NCBI GenBank assembly: GCA_903813345.2
Contig: CAIIXF020000001.1
Coordinates: 41,354,001 to 41,418,000 of the forward strand
Length of the DNA stretch: 64,000 nucleotides
DNA from: Owenia fusiformis
Lineage: Eukaryota
Reading direction: 5' to 3'
The notes under the pieces were generated by a model. The model did not search any database. It had not been told where the DNA came from and was given only the letters and a program-made list of their open reading frames with translations. The position numbers and the translations under genes were made by a program. The first letter of the stretch is position 1. Every line of letters begins with the position of its first letter. Positions 52,701 to 63,743 of this stretch are shown here, piece after piece.

Positions 52701-55700
52701 TTACTAGGCATAACTGGAGTTACAAGTACACCATACCATCAGCAGACTGACGGCCAAGTGGAAAAGTTTAATGGCACCCTGATTAACATGTTACGCAAGT
52801 TTGTAGCAGATGAGCCAAAACTTTGGGATGTGTATCTTCCTTATGTATTATTTGCATACCGGGAAGTACCCAACAGTTCAACGGGATTCTCTCCATTCGA
52901 ACTCCTTTATGGACGAGACGTTAGAGGACCATTGGACATATTGAAGGAAAACTGGGTTGCAAAAGAAGATACTCCACCAACAGTTGTTGAATATGTAGTT
53001 AAAATGAGAGAGAAGCTGGACTCTTTACATAAGTTAGCAGAAAGCAACGCAGCAGATTCCAAGACAACACAGAAGAAATACTATGACAAGAAAAGCAAGG
53101 AATCTACTTTAGAACCTGGAGATGAAGTCCTTCTATTACTGCCTACAAGTGAAAACAAACTTGAGATGAGATGGAATGGACCTTACAAAGTGAAACAACG
53201 CCATGGAAAAGTAAACTACGAAGTTGAAGTTGGCAACAAGACTAAGATTTACCATATCAATCTTCTTAGAAAATACACAGACAGAGAGGAATATTGCTTC
53301 ATGATGACAGAAGATGAAGATGACAGCGATATTGAAGACGTCATGGTCATATCAACAAAACCAGATGTCCAGATCAAGAAATATGACTTGAATGCTGAGA
53401 TGACAGTATATCAAACACAACAGATGAAATCTCTGTTAGATGATTTCAATGATGTTCTCTCCAATGAACCTGGAAGAACAGACCTGATAAGACATCATGT
53501 TGACACTGGACAAGAGAAACCACATCGTCAACCAAGCTACAGAATCCCTCAGAGTCATCTAAAAACAGTGAAAGAAGAATTGGATTCTATGCTGAAAGAT
53601 GGTATAATAGAACCCTCTACAAGTGAATGGATATCAAATGTTGTTTTGATTCCAAAGAAAGACAATACAATTAGATTTTGTATTGACTTTCGGTACCTCA
53701 ACAGTGTATCAAAATTTGATCACTACCTGATGCCAAGAATAGATGACATTATAGACAAGCTTCAGAAAGCAAAGTGGATTACAGTTGTCGATCTTTGCAG
53801 AGGATTTTGGCAGATACTCCTTACAGAAGAGTCGAGAGACAAATGTGCTTTTCGGACACCCTGGGGAATTTTTCAATTCATAGTGATGCCGTTTGGTCTC
53901 CATGGAGCCCCAGCAACCTTTCAAAGGATGGTAGATGAACTACTTAGAGGTGCAGAAGACTACATTGCAGCCTATCTCGATGACATCATCATCTTCAGTG
54001 AAACATTCCAAGATCATCTTACCCACGTGGAAGACTTGATGAAAAGATTAAGAAAACATCATTTGACAGCAAAGCCTGCAAAATGCCAATTTGGATACCA
54101 TGAAGTTGTGTATTGTGGACACAAAGTTGGCAAAGGAAGAGTAACACTAAAACCAAGTGCTATAGAAGCTATACAGAAGTTTGAAAGACCAGAAACAAAG
54201 TCCTTACTCAAGACATACCTGGGAATGACAGGATACTATAGACGCTTTGTTGAAGATTACGCTACAAAGGCCTACCCTTTAACAGAACTGACAAGAAGAC
54301 AGATTCCTAAGAAGATACCATGGGATGACAAAGCAGAACATTCATTCCAAATTCTGAAGAAAGAGTTGTGTGAACACCCTATCCTAAGAACCCCAGACTT
54401 CAACTTGCAATTCATTGTGATGACAGATGCATCTGACTATGGTATAAGTGGAATCTTATGTCAAACATTTGATGATGGAGAACATCCTGTGATATACCTT
54501 AGCAGAAAGATGATGCCAAGAGAACGGAACTATGCTGTTATTGAAAAGGAATGCCTCGCAATGAAATGGGCCATTGAACAGCTGAGCTATTACCTGTTAG
54601 GAAGAGACTTTGTAGTTGTAACAGATCATAACCCCCTCGTGTGGTTGAAAAACATGAAAAACACTAACCCTAGACTCATGAGATGGTCTTTGTCGCTGCA
54701 ACAATACAGATTTACAGTGATACACAGGGCAGGTCGATACAACCAAAATGCAGATGCTTTATCACGATTATGAATCTATTAAAACAGACATTAGTGAGAA
54801 TAAAAGAAGTAGACATGAGGAAGAGTATCATTCTATGCATTTAAAGACATTACACAATTGAAAAAGTGCATAATTGAGGACATTTGAAGTTTGAAGAAGT
54901 GATCCTTAATAAGGGGAAGTTTTAATTTTTGGGAAAAGCAATCCCTGAGAATTAGTTTTATTGGACAATTTTTAACTTTTTGGGGACAATCCATCCCTTA
55001 ATGAAGAAAGTCATATCAGATGTGACTGTTTTATGGAAAAAGATAGAAAAAGACCAAAAAACAGTCAAAAGAAAGGGGGAAGATGTAATGTATATGGAAC
55101 TAAAAGTTTTAAAGTTGATCAAAAGATGGCACTAGAGTATACTAAACTAGACTCATAACTGAAAAGTGCAATCAGAGAAGCCAATTATGATTTTGAAAAG
55201 AACAGTCAGTTCACAAAGAGAAGTCAAAGCATCAACATGTAAATATAATGTGAAGATATAAAATAAGAAATAAGATCATAACGTTGTTCAAATGAACCAA
55301 GAACCAAATAAGAGACTGAAATAAGCGACAACTATCAGACCTAGCGACAGCATCAAAGGGGCCCCTCGTCATAACGTCCAGAACCCAAGATAGGTGCGAC
55401 AAGGTAGTATAAACAAGATAATAACAACATTACACCTTCAATGACCTTCTCAAGGTCAAAAGGGTATTTTTTGTCAACTTGCTTCAAATTGACCATTTTT
55501 TTCAAAATCATCTACAAGTTCTCAGAAGTTCAAATCTGACTTTAGATTTAACCTTCAATGACCTTCTCGAGGTCAAAAAGGTATTTTTCAACACTTCAAA
55601 TTGACCAATTTTTTTTCAAAATCACTGAAGATTTGAGATTGAACCTTCGATGACCTTCTAAGGGTCAAATAAGGTCAAAAGGTCTTTTTTCAACTAGCTT

Positions 55701-58700
55701 TAGATCAACCAATTTTTTTAAAAATCATCTATAACTTCTCAGAAGGTCAAAAAGGTCTTTTTTTCAACTTGCTTCAAATTGACCTTTTTTTCAATTATAA
55801 GTTCTCAGAAATTCAAATCTGATTTTCAAATTTCAGACTTGAAAATGATCTTTTCAATCTGATTTAGCATAGTTCCCCTAATTGCTACACAGTCTGTCAA
55901 TTAAAGGAATATGCTCAAGAGATTCTTTATACCTTTTGCTACAGTTGTTGACTTTGTTGTACCACTTTGCTTTTAGGTTGAAGCCTCCTTGAGTAATGAT
56001 CCAACCAATGATGACCTACTCAAACTCCAAAAAGATCTCAGTGTAAGTTCCAACGTGTACTATAATGTGTTTTTCATTTGTTTGAAATAAATGCAAAATA
56101 TGTTGTTACAATAATATAATAATTGAATCAAATACATAAGAAAATATATATATAATTGATAATAAAATGAAGGAAGGTAATTATTTTATAAATGAACAGT
56201 TCACCTACTGGTCCCTAACTTAATGATGTTTTGTGGAATGAAACCCTAACCCACAACTGCAAGTGCAGTGTTCCTAGTTATTTTGACGGAGCGTCAATGT
56301 AACAAAATGGATGAACTTCCTGGTTACGAGTTTTTTGTTTTCTCAATTTAAACCTTCTTAAGTTGCAGATTATAATTTGGCACAAAGCCAGAAAATATAG
56401 TCTAGCTTTAATACGTTTCTTCAATTTGAAATTTGTTTTGTAAATGAAGTTGCAATTCATATATTTAGCCCCTCCTTTTTGTTACATTGCCGAAAGGCCT
56501 TTATATTACCAAAATATGTTACTTTGACGAGTTACATCAATGTAACAAAAGTGATGGTCTAAGTGCATGAAATACAGCTTTATTTAAAAATCAATTTCCA
56601 AACCGAGAGCATTTCTAAAAGCTCTACTACTATATTATCTAACTTTGTGCCAAATGATAATTCGCAACATGACTTATACTTAAACTTTTATCCAGGAAGA
56701 TCATCCATTTTGTTACATTGACGTACCGTCAAAGTAACTATTGTGGAACAGTGAACTGATTCACCTCTACAGTATGTTGGACATGGGTGCAATGCTATAT
56801 ATGCAATTTATTGATGTGGAAAAGTCAGTCAGTCAGTCCTGTAGCATCCAGATAGCAGGATAAGGGGTCATGATTTTGATTTGCACTAGTGTTAACTGAC
56901 TTTTTCACATCACCACTTTAGAATTTAATTCTGTGCTTTCATTACATACTGTTGTACACTGACAGGAGGTGATTGAGCTGACAGAGGACCTCATAGCTCA
57001 ACAGAATGAGGTTGATTCTCAAGAAGATGAAACAGATACATTAGAGGCAGCAAGCTACACACAACACAACTGGAAAGTTGGGGATAAGTGCCAAGCATTA
57101 TATAGTAAAGACAATGCGTAAGTATCTTAGACTCTACTCACTGATAATATTGTCATCCTCCATATGTAAACCATCTACAGTAGATCTGGAATAAAAGTAG
57201 ATGAATAGGTTCAGAACTGGAGCAAATAGGTGTCGCACCCTGTTGAGCGTTCCCAACTCTCTGCATGCCCCACTTCTACAAATATATGGATTTGAAGTAC
57301 ACCTCTTCTTGATGTTTTATTTTACATTTCTCATTAAATGACATTCATCACTGGCAGAAGTGGCCATTTTATGTAACCATCTATATTGAGCAAGATGTTC
57401 TATTGCAGTTAATACCGACTTTAAATATCCTTTTGCAGACATTTTAATGCCACGATAGATGAATTAATGGACGATGGGACGTGTACTGTTACATTTGAAG
57501 GCTGGGGGAACACAGAAGTCACAAAGGTAATGTACCAACTTGAATTCAGATTTAATAATGTTAATAATAATTTGAATGAATCATTAAATTCATAAATGAG
57601 AGAACAAACTGATCTTTTATTAGTGGTCAGAAATGAGATATGACCAATCAAAAAACTTTGTAATATCTGCTGGTGAAAATGAACACTCTACATATCTGAA
57701 TAAACCCAAAGAAGCAATTGAAACTAAAATACTGAAATTGAGCTGATTAAAAATATAAACTTGTTAATGATGTGCTTATCTGAGAACTGGTAAATGATGT
57801 TCTAGTTACCTTTACAGCATACATATACAAACATGTACTCACTCCAGCTTTGTGAGCACCTTAGATCTGGCAAGCAATGGTAATTATACTTTAAGCAGAA
57901 ATCACTGAATGGTTTCTTATGGTGAAGTTATTATTACAGTTATTATCATTTAGACTTAAATAGACAAACCTGGGAAATATTTTCTTTGATACAGTAAACG
58001 ACATTCATTTCTTGTCAAAAAATAAAAGAGCATTTAGCTGTCTTATTTTAAATAGCTTGTATTATGACGTCATGAGTATTTGACAATTTAGAATGATTTA
58101 ACATAGAAATAATCAGACAAATCAAAATTGGAACCTACAATATTGCAAAACATGAATTCTAGGGATATAAAATTTCGTGCAAAATATCTGTTATATTGAA
58201 TTAAATCCATATTCCACACTTTCGGTTTTCCTAATTTCTTTTGCATAAAGACCAAAGTTAAGTCAATTGGAATGTTCTTGGAACAAAATGCAGGCAAAAG
58301 ATTTGCAAAGAAATAATGGGAATTCAAAAGTGGTGGATTTAAGAAATGTGAGCCATTAGGAACTGTTCTTTCATATTTTGTTTACTTATGTACATCTGGC
58401 TATAATTACAGATTGGGTTACTGAAACGATATATCGCTCAACAGAAACGAGAATCTGATTCAGGAGAGGGTGGAAGTGCTGCTAAACGACCAATGACCAA
58501 GTAAGTTTAATTGATGTCAACAATTTATGAAATATTATTATTTGTCTACAATTTGTATGCTAATCTTATAACTGGCATCACAATTAAAAGAATTCAACTT
58601 GAGTTCCAAATTGAAAATACAATTTTTCTGGTTGAGTTTATTTATCCTTTTCGAATCATTACTTAGATTCTATGATTTATGGCAAATGTTTGACTGTTGC

Positions 58701-61273
58701 TCCCCCTATTTATCGATCTTTCGACAGTGAAAAAATGTTTTTCCATTGCTGGATGTATATAAATGATATTTGACAAACATAGAATTGTCCTTTTATCCCA
58801 TGGTAAATCATATTAAACTGCAGCATATTAGGAAAAGCAAATTTTGACAAAACAATTGTGAAGCTAAAAAACAAACAAAATAGATTTTGCAAAAAATAAA
58901 ATTCTCAACAATGCATTTCATAAAAATATGATTAATCAAAATATATACAAAATCAAGATCATCAAATACCATTTTTGAAATAATGCATTCATAATTAGAT
59001 GATCATGAAATACTGACTTTATTATTCGATATGATGATATAACATAAACATTGTTTTCAGAAAAGACCTCATTATACAACAGAAAGAGTACAAAAAGAAG
59101 AAGAATGAAAAGAAGAGACAGAGAATGAAAGAACTTGATGAAGCAAAAGAATCTGAGAAAAATAAATGGCTAGCCTTCAATGCAAAGGTTCGTACAATTG
59201 TTTTATTTCATAGCAGGAATTAAGAATGCTTTGCAAATGTTTTCAAGAAAAAATATAAGATTATGTTTGAATTCTCATGCTGTTTACAATGTACTACATC
59301 CATGTACTGATTTTTGTTTTGCTCATGAATTATTATGAGGCTTATCCAATTCAGAGGCCCCCTGGAGAGATGTGTTGAGGCTCAGAATTTAAATAACAGA
59401 CAATCTAGATTTCAGACATGATCATCGGGAGTTTGCATATACATAGTTCTACATTCTGCAACTGCTTGTTTGGTGTGCAGTCATATCTAAGCATTTTTTT
59501 TTTTTAACATATTATTTATTTCCTTCATAATCAAAAAAATACACAAAATATCTACTACCGATCGCCATAGGCATTCTAGGTAGTTTAAATTACAATAGAG
59601 GATTAATTACAGTAATCATAGATGATTTATTGGTAATGTGAGAGGTTGGGAGGGAGGGGGGGGGGGTTGTCACAAGATACAAATGAGAATAACATTAATT
59701 TGATGGAAACTTCTAACAGGCCTGTACAAATTGCATCACTATATCTATCAGGATTTTCTGAGAATCAATAGTGAGTTCATTTTCATAAATCAAGTATTTG
59801 ACCTGTTCTGTCTTACTAGAAATAAGTTGAGTATCAAACAATAAATTTTGTTCACGAAGTGCATTCATCATTGTATTACGTTCATGGGTATGGCGAGGGC
59901 AGGTTAGAATGAAATGCTTTGTGTCTTCAGTAGAGCCACAGAGGCATTTGTTGTCAATTATTCCAGTAAAATTATGAGTAAAGAAATGGCCTTTAAGGGC
60001 AAAATCAACTCGAAGCCTATTTAGCAGTTTTTCGTTGGTTCTACTTAAATTTAGTTTTGTAGTTGGTATGAAGTTTGAAATAGGGATAAATATCTGTTTA
60101 ATAGAGCTTTTGAATCTAGAAATGGTTTGAATTTCACGAAGAGTCTGGCTTAGCTGGTTCCAATCATTTATAAGTTTTAAAACTGGTGCTTTGGAGAGTC
60201 TCATTGAAATATTTCTTGGGCAGGAAAAGGGTAAAGAGTGTCTTAAAATTCTAGTTGCTTGGTTGCGATGTTGGTCAAAAAGACTATGGACATAATAAGG
60301 CACTTCCTTTCTTACAATTTTGAACATCAGTCTTAGATTTTTTTCGTGTCTTTTGTCAGTAAGCGATTTCCACTGTAAACATTTTAAAGTTTTTGAGGTG
60401 TTAGAGCCATGCAGTACCCCAGCACATATAACAGCAGCTTGGTAGTGGATTTTATCAAGCTTTGACAAGGCCGCCAAGGATGACGATCCGTAAATGGAGC
60501 TACAATAGTCAAAATGAGACGCCAAATATGAATTATACATTATTTCAAGATGGTGCGACTGTATTTTGTTTGATATGAGCTTCAAAGGATTTAACAGTTT
60601 TTGAACTTTATTAGACAAATAGTTTATATGGTCATTAAAAGTCAAATTCTCATCTAAGATGAAACCCAGGTGCTTGTGTGATTGCTTTTGGGGGATCATT
60701 TCACCATCAAAGTAAAGCGGAGACATTTGAATATTTTTTTGTCGGATTGAGCGTAAAACTAAATGAGCACTTTTAGATGCTTTAAATTTCAGTTGCCAGG
60801 TTCTAGACCATGCACTTAAAAGATTTATGTCATTTTGGCCTATCTAAGCATAGGGTTTTACTTTCATCCAGTCAAAATACGTACCTTGTGTTTGGTAAAT
60901 TGTGAAATGAAGTTACTTATATTAGTTATCTCCATTTTATGAATGGTAATCTGGCCAGACCAAAACCACTACTGCCATCTATTTATCATAGCAAGTCCGA
61001 TGAGTCACTTTCAACTTGTTTTTGTCTCTTAGAGTTATAATCCCATGACATTAAATGGTAAAATGCTGCTTGTTAAATTCTCTGATGCTACAGTTATTTT
61101 TAATATTTCAGACATTTTCTAAAACCAACAAGGGCCGAGTGAAAAAGTCTATATTTGCCACACCAGATGCTGACAAGGGCAATAAAGGAAAGGTTGGCGT
61201 TGGCACCTGTGGCACAGGTGGTAGAAATATGACCAAATATGTCATTGCAGAAAAACATTGGCAGAAAAAGTGA
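46734..61273 (+). CDS. SMNDC1: Survival of motor neuron-related splicing factor 30 (SPF30), Tudor domain, 7 exons, 245 aa
   Basis: Exons 46734-46787, 55977-56042, 56966-57117, 57439-57526, 58412-58500, 59061-59187 and 61112-61273, GT-AG and phase-consistent (738 nt). N-terminus MAEELEANLSTYKLQLQQ|VEASLSNDPTNDDLLKLQKDLS|EVIELTEDL; Tudor WKVGDKCQALYSKD..VTFEGWGNTEV; Lys-rich helix ending EKNKWLAFN; C-terminal KKSIFATPD..GKVGVGTCG. Confidence 0.95.
47062..47455. mobile_element. MITE with about 120-bp TIRs and TAG..CTA ends (Academ-like)
   Basis: TAGAGTCCATTTCACT...AGTGAAATGGACTCTA with near-perfect arms; no clear TSD. Confidence 0.8.
47637..48285. mobile_element. Probable MITE with 33-bp inverted repeats
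   Basis: gattggagtaattgttttgcgaaggataggtat (47637-47669) versus atacctatccttcgcagaacaattactccaatc (48253-48285), one mismatch. Confidence 0.6.
48340..48690 (+). repeat. 5' LTR (351 bp)
   Basis: Direct repeat of 55084-55434; 6 substitutions by eye. Confidence 0.97.
49974..54773 (+). CDS. Gag-Pol polyprotein of the Gmr1-like retrotransposon (first ATG at 49980)
   Basis: SCAN-like capsid (EQLVSTLPSDVQLWVKEHDPKTSEDVVKLADNY); three CCHC knuckles; protease LIDTGS; integrase HHCC (HSIPLAGH..CKSCDKC), D-D-E (AMDVIG/LTDQG/QVEKFN) and GPY (WNGPY); then RT (YLDD) and RNase H (TDASD, EKECLA, TDH, ADALSR). Confidence 0.97.
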   Translation: MIMPIDTRANTYSEKPDQGKDRKDKDQPQGAERKEEPFKEAMAESEDFHCDDDDLTKMEDPTKMKYPYMMQDPDAQPKMEGLGVQQGTDTTRMMQLMMDMFLKNNEATERRLRDMERARLEEIKQEREERRRLEEIRAKERQQEREDQRKLIEQLRKDKEQEGKRPKDPFITKLKDSDDIEDFLTVFERTATMCNWKLEHWTLKLAPALSGKAQAAYVSLNAEDAMNYETVKSAILKRYSINEEAYRIRFRGLKRTDDEGIKAFAVRLTDVFNKWSKDATTIEDLGDLIIKEQLVSTLPSDVQLWVKEHDPKTSEDVVKLADNYLEARKQEGTDTPQTVYKPKKFGNRNNRDKDTTKSTNQADAFKQKPLESIQCFKCQSFGHYSADCSSAKAVNKCTKCLNLGHTAAECRTDTTKRCENCKIFGHETSYCKRGKKGYLCKSKNDIFSQYNRSRDGTVQGLMNNKKVKLLIDTGSCKTIVHKNLVEPDQVLSDDEITMTCVHGDHKSYPTTNVTFSIGDETFHVDAVVSDSVPTQVLLGQDVLRQLDKEKMDRYIYKKPTNSYVTTRQQWKDQRQEENEDRLLDECSDVKLTPTKEDESTLDSHDHNSDAVQTEHNDNDSDDVKAAQTQHSDNETGIDDADTSEFEGDELPFKFDDTMFLRRKADKIKKTRRQRRSERMKLQSKEKEQELGTIDVDCLKEMQNTDPTLKDVRKKILDSTDTNRDIPYFIRKDGLIYRISKTPLDEQLEQIVIPKGCRKQILDVAHSIPLAGHLGMQKTTNRITRRFFWPGIHKDITNYCKSCDKCQLIAKKKTMDRAPLIPLPVITEPFKKIAMDVIGPLVRSTKGNKYILCIGDYGTRYPEAVPMRNTDAKRIATELMILFSRVGIAEVILTDQGTNFMSKTLKEVYRLLGITGVTSTPYHQQTDGQVEKFNGTLINMLRKFVADEPKLWDVYLPYVLFAYREVPNSSTGFSPFELLYGRDVRGPLDILKENWVAKEDTPPTVVEYVVKMREKLDSLHKLAESNAADSKTTQKKYYDKKSKESTLEPGDEVLLLLPTSENKLEMRWNGPYKVKQRHGKVNYEVEVGNKTKIYHINLLRKYTDREEYCFMMTEDEDDSDIEDVMVISTKPDVQIKKYDLNAEMTVYQTQQMKSLLDDFNDVLSNEPGRTDLIRHHVDTGQEKPHRQPSYRIPQSHLKTVKEELDSMLKDGIIEPSTSEWISNVVLIPKKDNTIRFCIDFRYLNSVSKFDHYLMPRIDDIIDKLQKAKWITVVDLCRGFWQILLTEESRDKCAFRTPWGIFQFIVMPFGLHGAPATFQRMVDELLRGAEDYIAAYLDDIIIFSETFQDHLTHVEDLMKRLRKHHLTAKPAKCQFGYHEVVYCGHKVGKGRVTLKPSAIEAIQKFERPETKSLLKTYLGMTGYYRRFVEDYATKAYPLTELTRRQIPKKIPWDDKAEHSFQILKKELCEHPILRTPDFNLQFIVMTDASDYGISGILCQTFDDGEHPVIYLSRKMMPRERNYAVIEKECLAMKWAIEQLSYYLLGRDFVVVTDHNPLVWLKNMKNTNPRLMRWSLSLQQYRFTVIHRAGRYNQNADALSRL
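55084..55434 (+). repeat. 3' LTR (351 bp)
   Basis: Direct repeat of 48340-48690, preceded by the polypurine tract. Confidence 0.97.
55440..55850. repeat. Degenerate tandem repeats related to the HINE family 2 core; host site of the Gypsy insertion
   Basis: acaagttctcagaa.ttcaaatctgacttt..gaccttcaatgacctt continues from 48290-48339 across the TSD; reverse-complement similarity to about 33680-33790. Confidence 0.7.
56275..56740. mobile_element. MITE with TAG..CTA ends and internal inverted subrepeats, in SMNDC1 intron 2
   Basis: tagttattttgacggagcgtcaatgtaacaaaatggatga versus tcatccattttgttacattgacgtaccgtcaaagtaacta; the motif recurs internally at about 56478-56550. Confidence 0.7.
59494..60840 (-). 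mobile_element. 5'-truncated non-LTR retrotransposon (probably CR1/L2 group), antisense in SMNDC1 intron 6
   Basis: T12 run at 59494-59505 is the poly(A) tail, with minus-strand AATAAA at 59520-59515. TSD TATCTAAGCA at 59484-59493 and 60841-60850. The frame is open from 60840 to 59713: RT C-terminal part (QNDINLLSAWSRTWQLKFKASKS, KHLGFILD, FDYCS) and a C-terminal CLCG..HFILTC knuckle. Clade assignment is tentative. Confidence 0.92.
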
Positions 61274-62920
61274 CAATAGAGAATAAAAATTATAGGACTG
61301 GACTGGTTATCGCTCCATGTGATAAGTATGAAATAGATGCTCCAGTACTGGCTACTGGTGTATATTTTCTTGCTTTGATACGGACTTTACTCACTTATCA
61401 TCAGGCGTTACGATATGGAAGATAGGGAAGAAGCCGTAAAGTTTAAATGATTTTTAAACAAAATATTGCAAAAGTCTGCACATGCCTGACACATTACTAT
61501 TTTGAACTGCATAAGTTACCCAATTGGTATAATTGGGTTGTAAATTTTGAAGGCATATTTCATACATCTAAAATCATCAGATATGCCTTTAAAAGGTAGT
61601 ATCTTAAAGCAATCAGTATAGTCATAAATAGTGTACCAAGCCAAATGGCGTGCCCTTGAACACCTAAAGCAAGGTGTTTGGTAACTATCAGATGCACAAT
61701 CTGCAATTTCAGGCAAAAACAAAAGTTCCACATACTACTAGTAATACAGTACAGGTAGGCTTAACCTTCATATGGGGCCTGAAAAATTCTTAGGAGGGAA
61801 ACATATATTTGTTTTTGAATGGTCTTATGCATAGAGAATTGTTTTAGTTTCAGTCTATTTTATTTCAAAGGGCAGTGTCTTTATAACCTGAAATGTTTTT
61901 AATTTATAATCTGTGACTTGCACCATCAATCAACAGACTTTGGTGCAAAACTTGTTTTCTGAACATATCAAAGCATGAAAGAAATTCCTCACCTAGAAAG
62001 CAGTATGACAAATTCCAACAAAATTAACAACTACTTACGCCTTTGTAATTTTAAAATCAATAAATTCACTTTCACATACATATGTTTTTAAGCTTCAATA
62101 TACATATGTATTTACAGAGAAGGAAGTTTATGTCAAAGTCTATTGATTGCACAAGTTACATATCGTTATGAAGGGTTGTTTTAAGATGATAAGCCCTTTA
62201 TGCAATATTTACATGTTACAGAATTGACAAAAGTAAGAAGCTGACAACCTTTAAGTCACCGAGGCCATTGGATGTCGCATTTGTTTTAACCAATCAGGGT
62301 AGAGATATAGTATACTGTTTCAACAAATGTGTCCATCTGAATATAGGACTATTGAATGATGTGATGTAAATGTGAATAATTTCAACAACAAAATTAACAT
62401 GAAAATTATTTTAAATACAACATGACTAGATATTGTTTTGTTCATTATGTTACCAGGGAGTTTTCTTTCAATTTTAAAATGAGATGTAACAGATGTAGAT
62501 CTATTTTTTAAATGGCAAGGTCTAGATTATATTCTATTCAAATTCTATCAATGTGAAACCATACATGTATATCTACTTTAAATGAGGTTATTAGCTTTTC
62601 GCAAATTATTGATGTAGATGTTTAAAAATAAAGTTGTATGTGATACTGCTTCTGATGGTGGGACCATTGACTCAATGGGAGTTTCCAGTCCATTTCTGTA
62701 AGTCCATGCATGGGCTTCAAGACTCTTGAAAGCCCATGGGTCATGTCATCAAATACAGCCCTGTATCTCCACGGCCATAAACCTGACAAAATGAGTGAAG
62801 GGGGATTGTACAGTTTCTGCTGGAAAATTCAACAAACAAATCTGCAAGATTTATTTTAGTTGCCATTTTATTAGCATTTACTTGTATTGTATTTCGTATT
62901 ATATAAGAATATTACCTACT

Positions 62921-63432
62921 CCATGCAATAGGTATATCATTTGCGGGTAGCCGTCACTTCAGTTTGAAGTCCAATAATGCTAGGAGTAAAAGCTATTGAA
63001 AATGGCACCAGAGTATCATACTCTAAAATGTCTTGCTTAACTTTTTAATGGTACAATATAGTGACATGATAATATTTACTTATGTTTTTAATATAATTCT
63101 GAATGTATAAGCGAGATCTAGAGATATTGGGTCTTTTAATTGTTTTTCATATGAAAAATCAATGTTTAATTTTTTTAACCACCCTGGGGGAGTAGTTCCG
63201 AAAGTGAAATACATATAGATCTCATTAATAACAAGTATGAGTTATACGGAAAACATATGTAAATATTATCATATCACCTTTATTGTGCTACTAAAGTTAA
63301 AAAAGAAATGGTACATAATTTAGAATATGATACTCTGGCACCATTTTCAATAGCTGTTACATTTTCAATAGCATTATTGGACTTTAAACAGAAATGAAAG
63401 TTACCCGTAAATTATATACCCAATTGCATGGA
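62921..63432. repeat. Degenerate foldback element
   Basis: ccatgcaat..agtccaataatgcta..agctattgaaaatgg..ccagagtatcata pairs with tatgatactctgg..ccattttcaatagct..tagcattattggact..attgcatgg. Confidence 0.65.
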
Positions 63433-63597
63433 ATATATACTTTTCTTTGTTATAACAAAACATATGAGGTGAAAAATTATTTTCTTAGTGTTTTCATTTA
63501 TTTGTCATTTATGACAACAGTTCATTGCAATTTTCTTTTTATTATAACAGTATTGTTAAATTAATGGCAATTGTTTATTTAAATGTTTATGTATCAG

Positions 63598-63743
63598 TGG
63601 TAGTGTGATTAACAATTGAAGTTAACGATGCATAAGTCCGCAGACCAAAATTTATCATACAATCTTATGACTGGTAGTGTGATTAACAATTGAAGTTAAT
63701 GATGCATAACCGCAGACCAAAATTAATCATACAATCTTATGAC
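63598..63743. repeat. Tandem duplication of about 74 bp
   Basis: tggtagtgtgattaacaattgaagttaa...caatcttatgact occurs twice. Confidence 0.9.

Larger units (their letters stand above)
48340..55434 (+). mobile_element. Full-length Ty3/Gypsy LTR retrotransposon, Gmr1-like clade (gag-PR-IN-RT-RH), in SMNDC1 intron 1, sense orientation
   Basis: 351-bp LTRs at 48340-48690 and 55084-55434 (TGTAATG...CATTACA). 5-bp TSD CCTTC at 48335-48339 and 55435-55439. PBS-like TGGTGGCGGC at 48691; polypurine tract AAAAGAAAGGGGGAAGA before 55084; single intact ORF. Confidence 0.97.

Noticed and set aside
49971..53924. Several antisense and alternate-frame ORFs over the Gypsy polyprotein
   Set aside because: Shadow ORFs of a long coding frame; no recognisable motifs.
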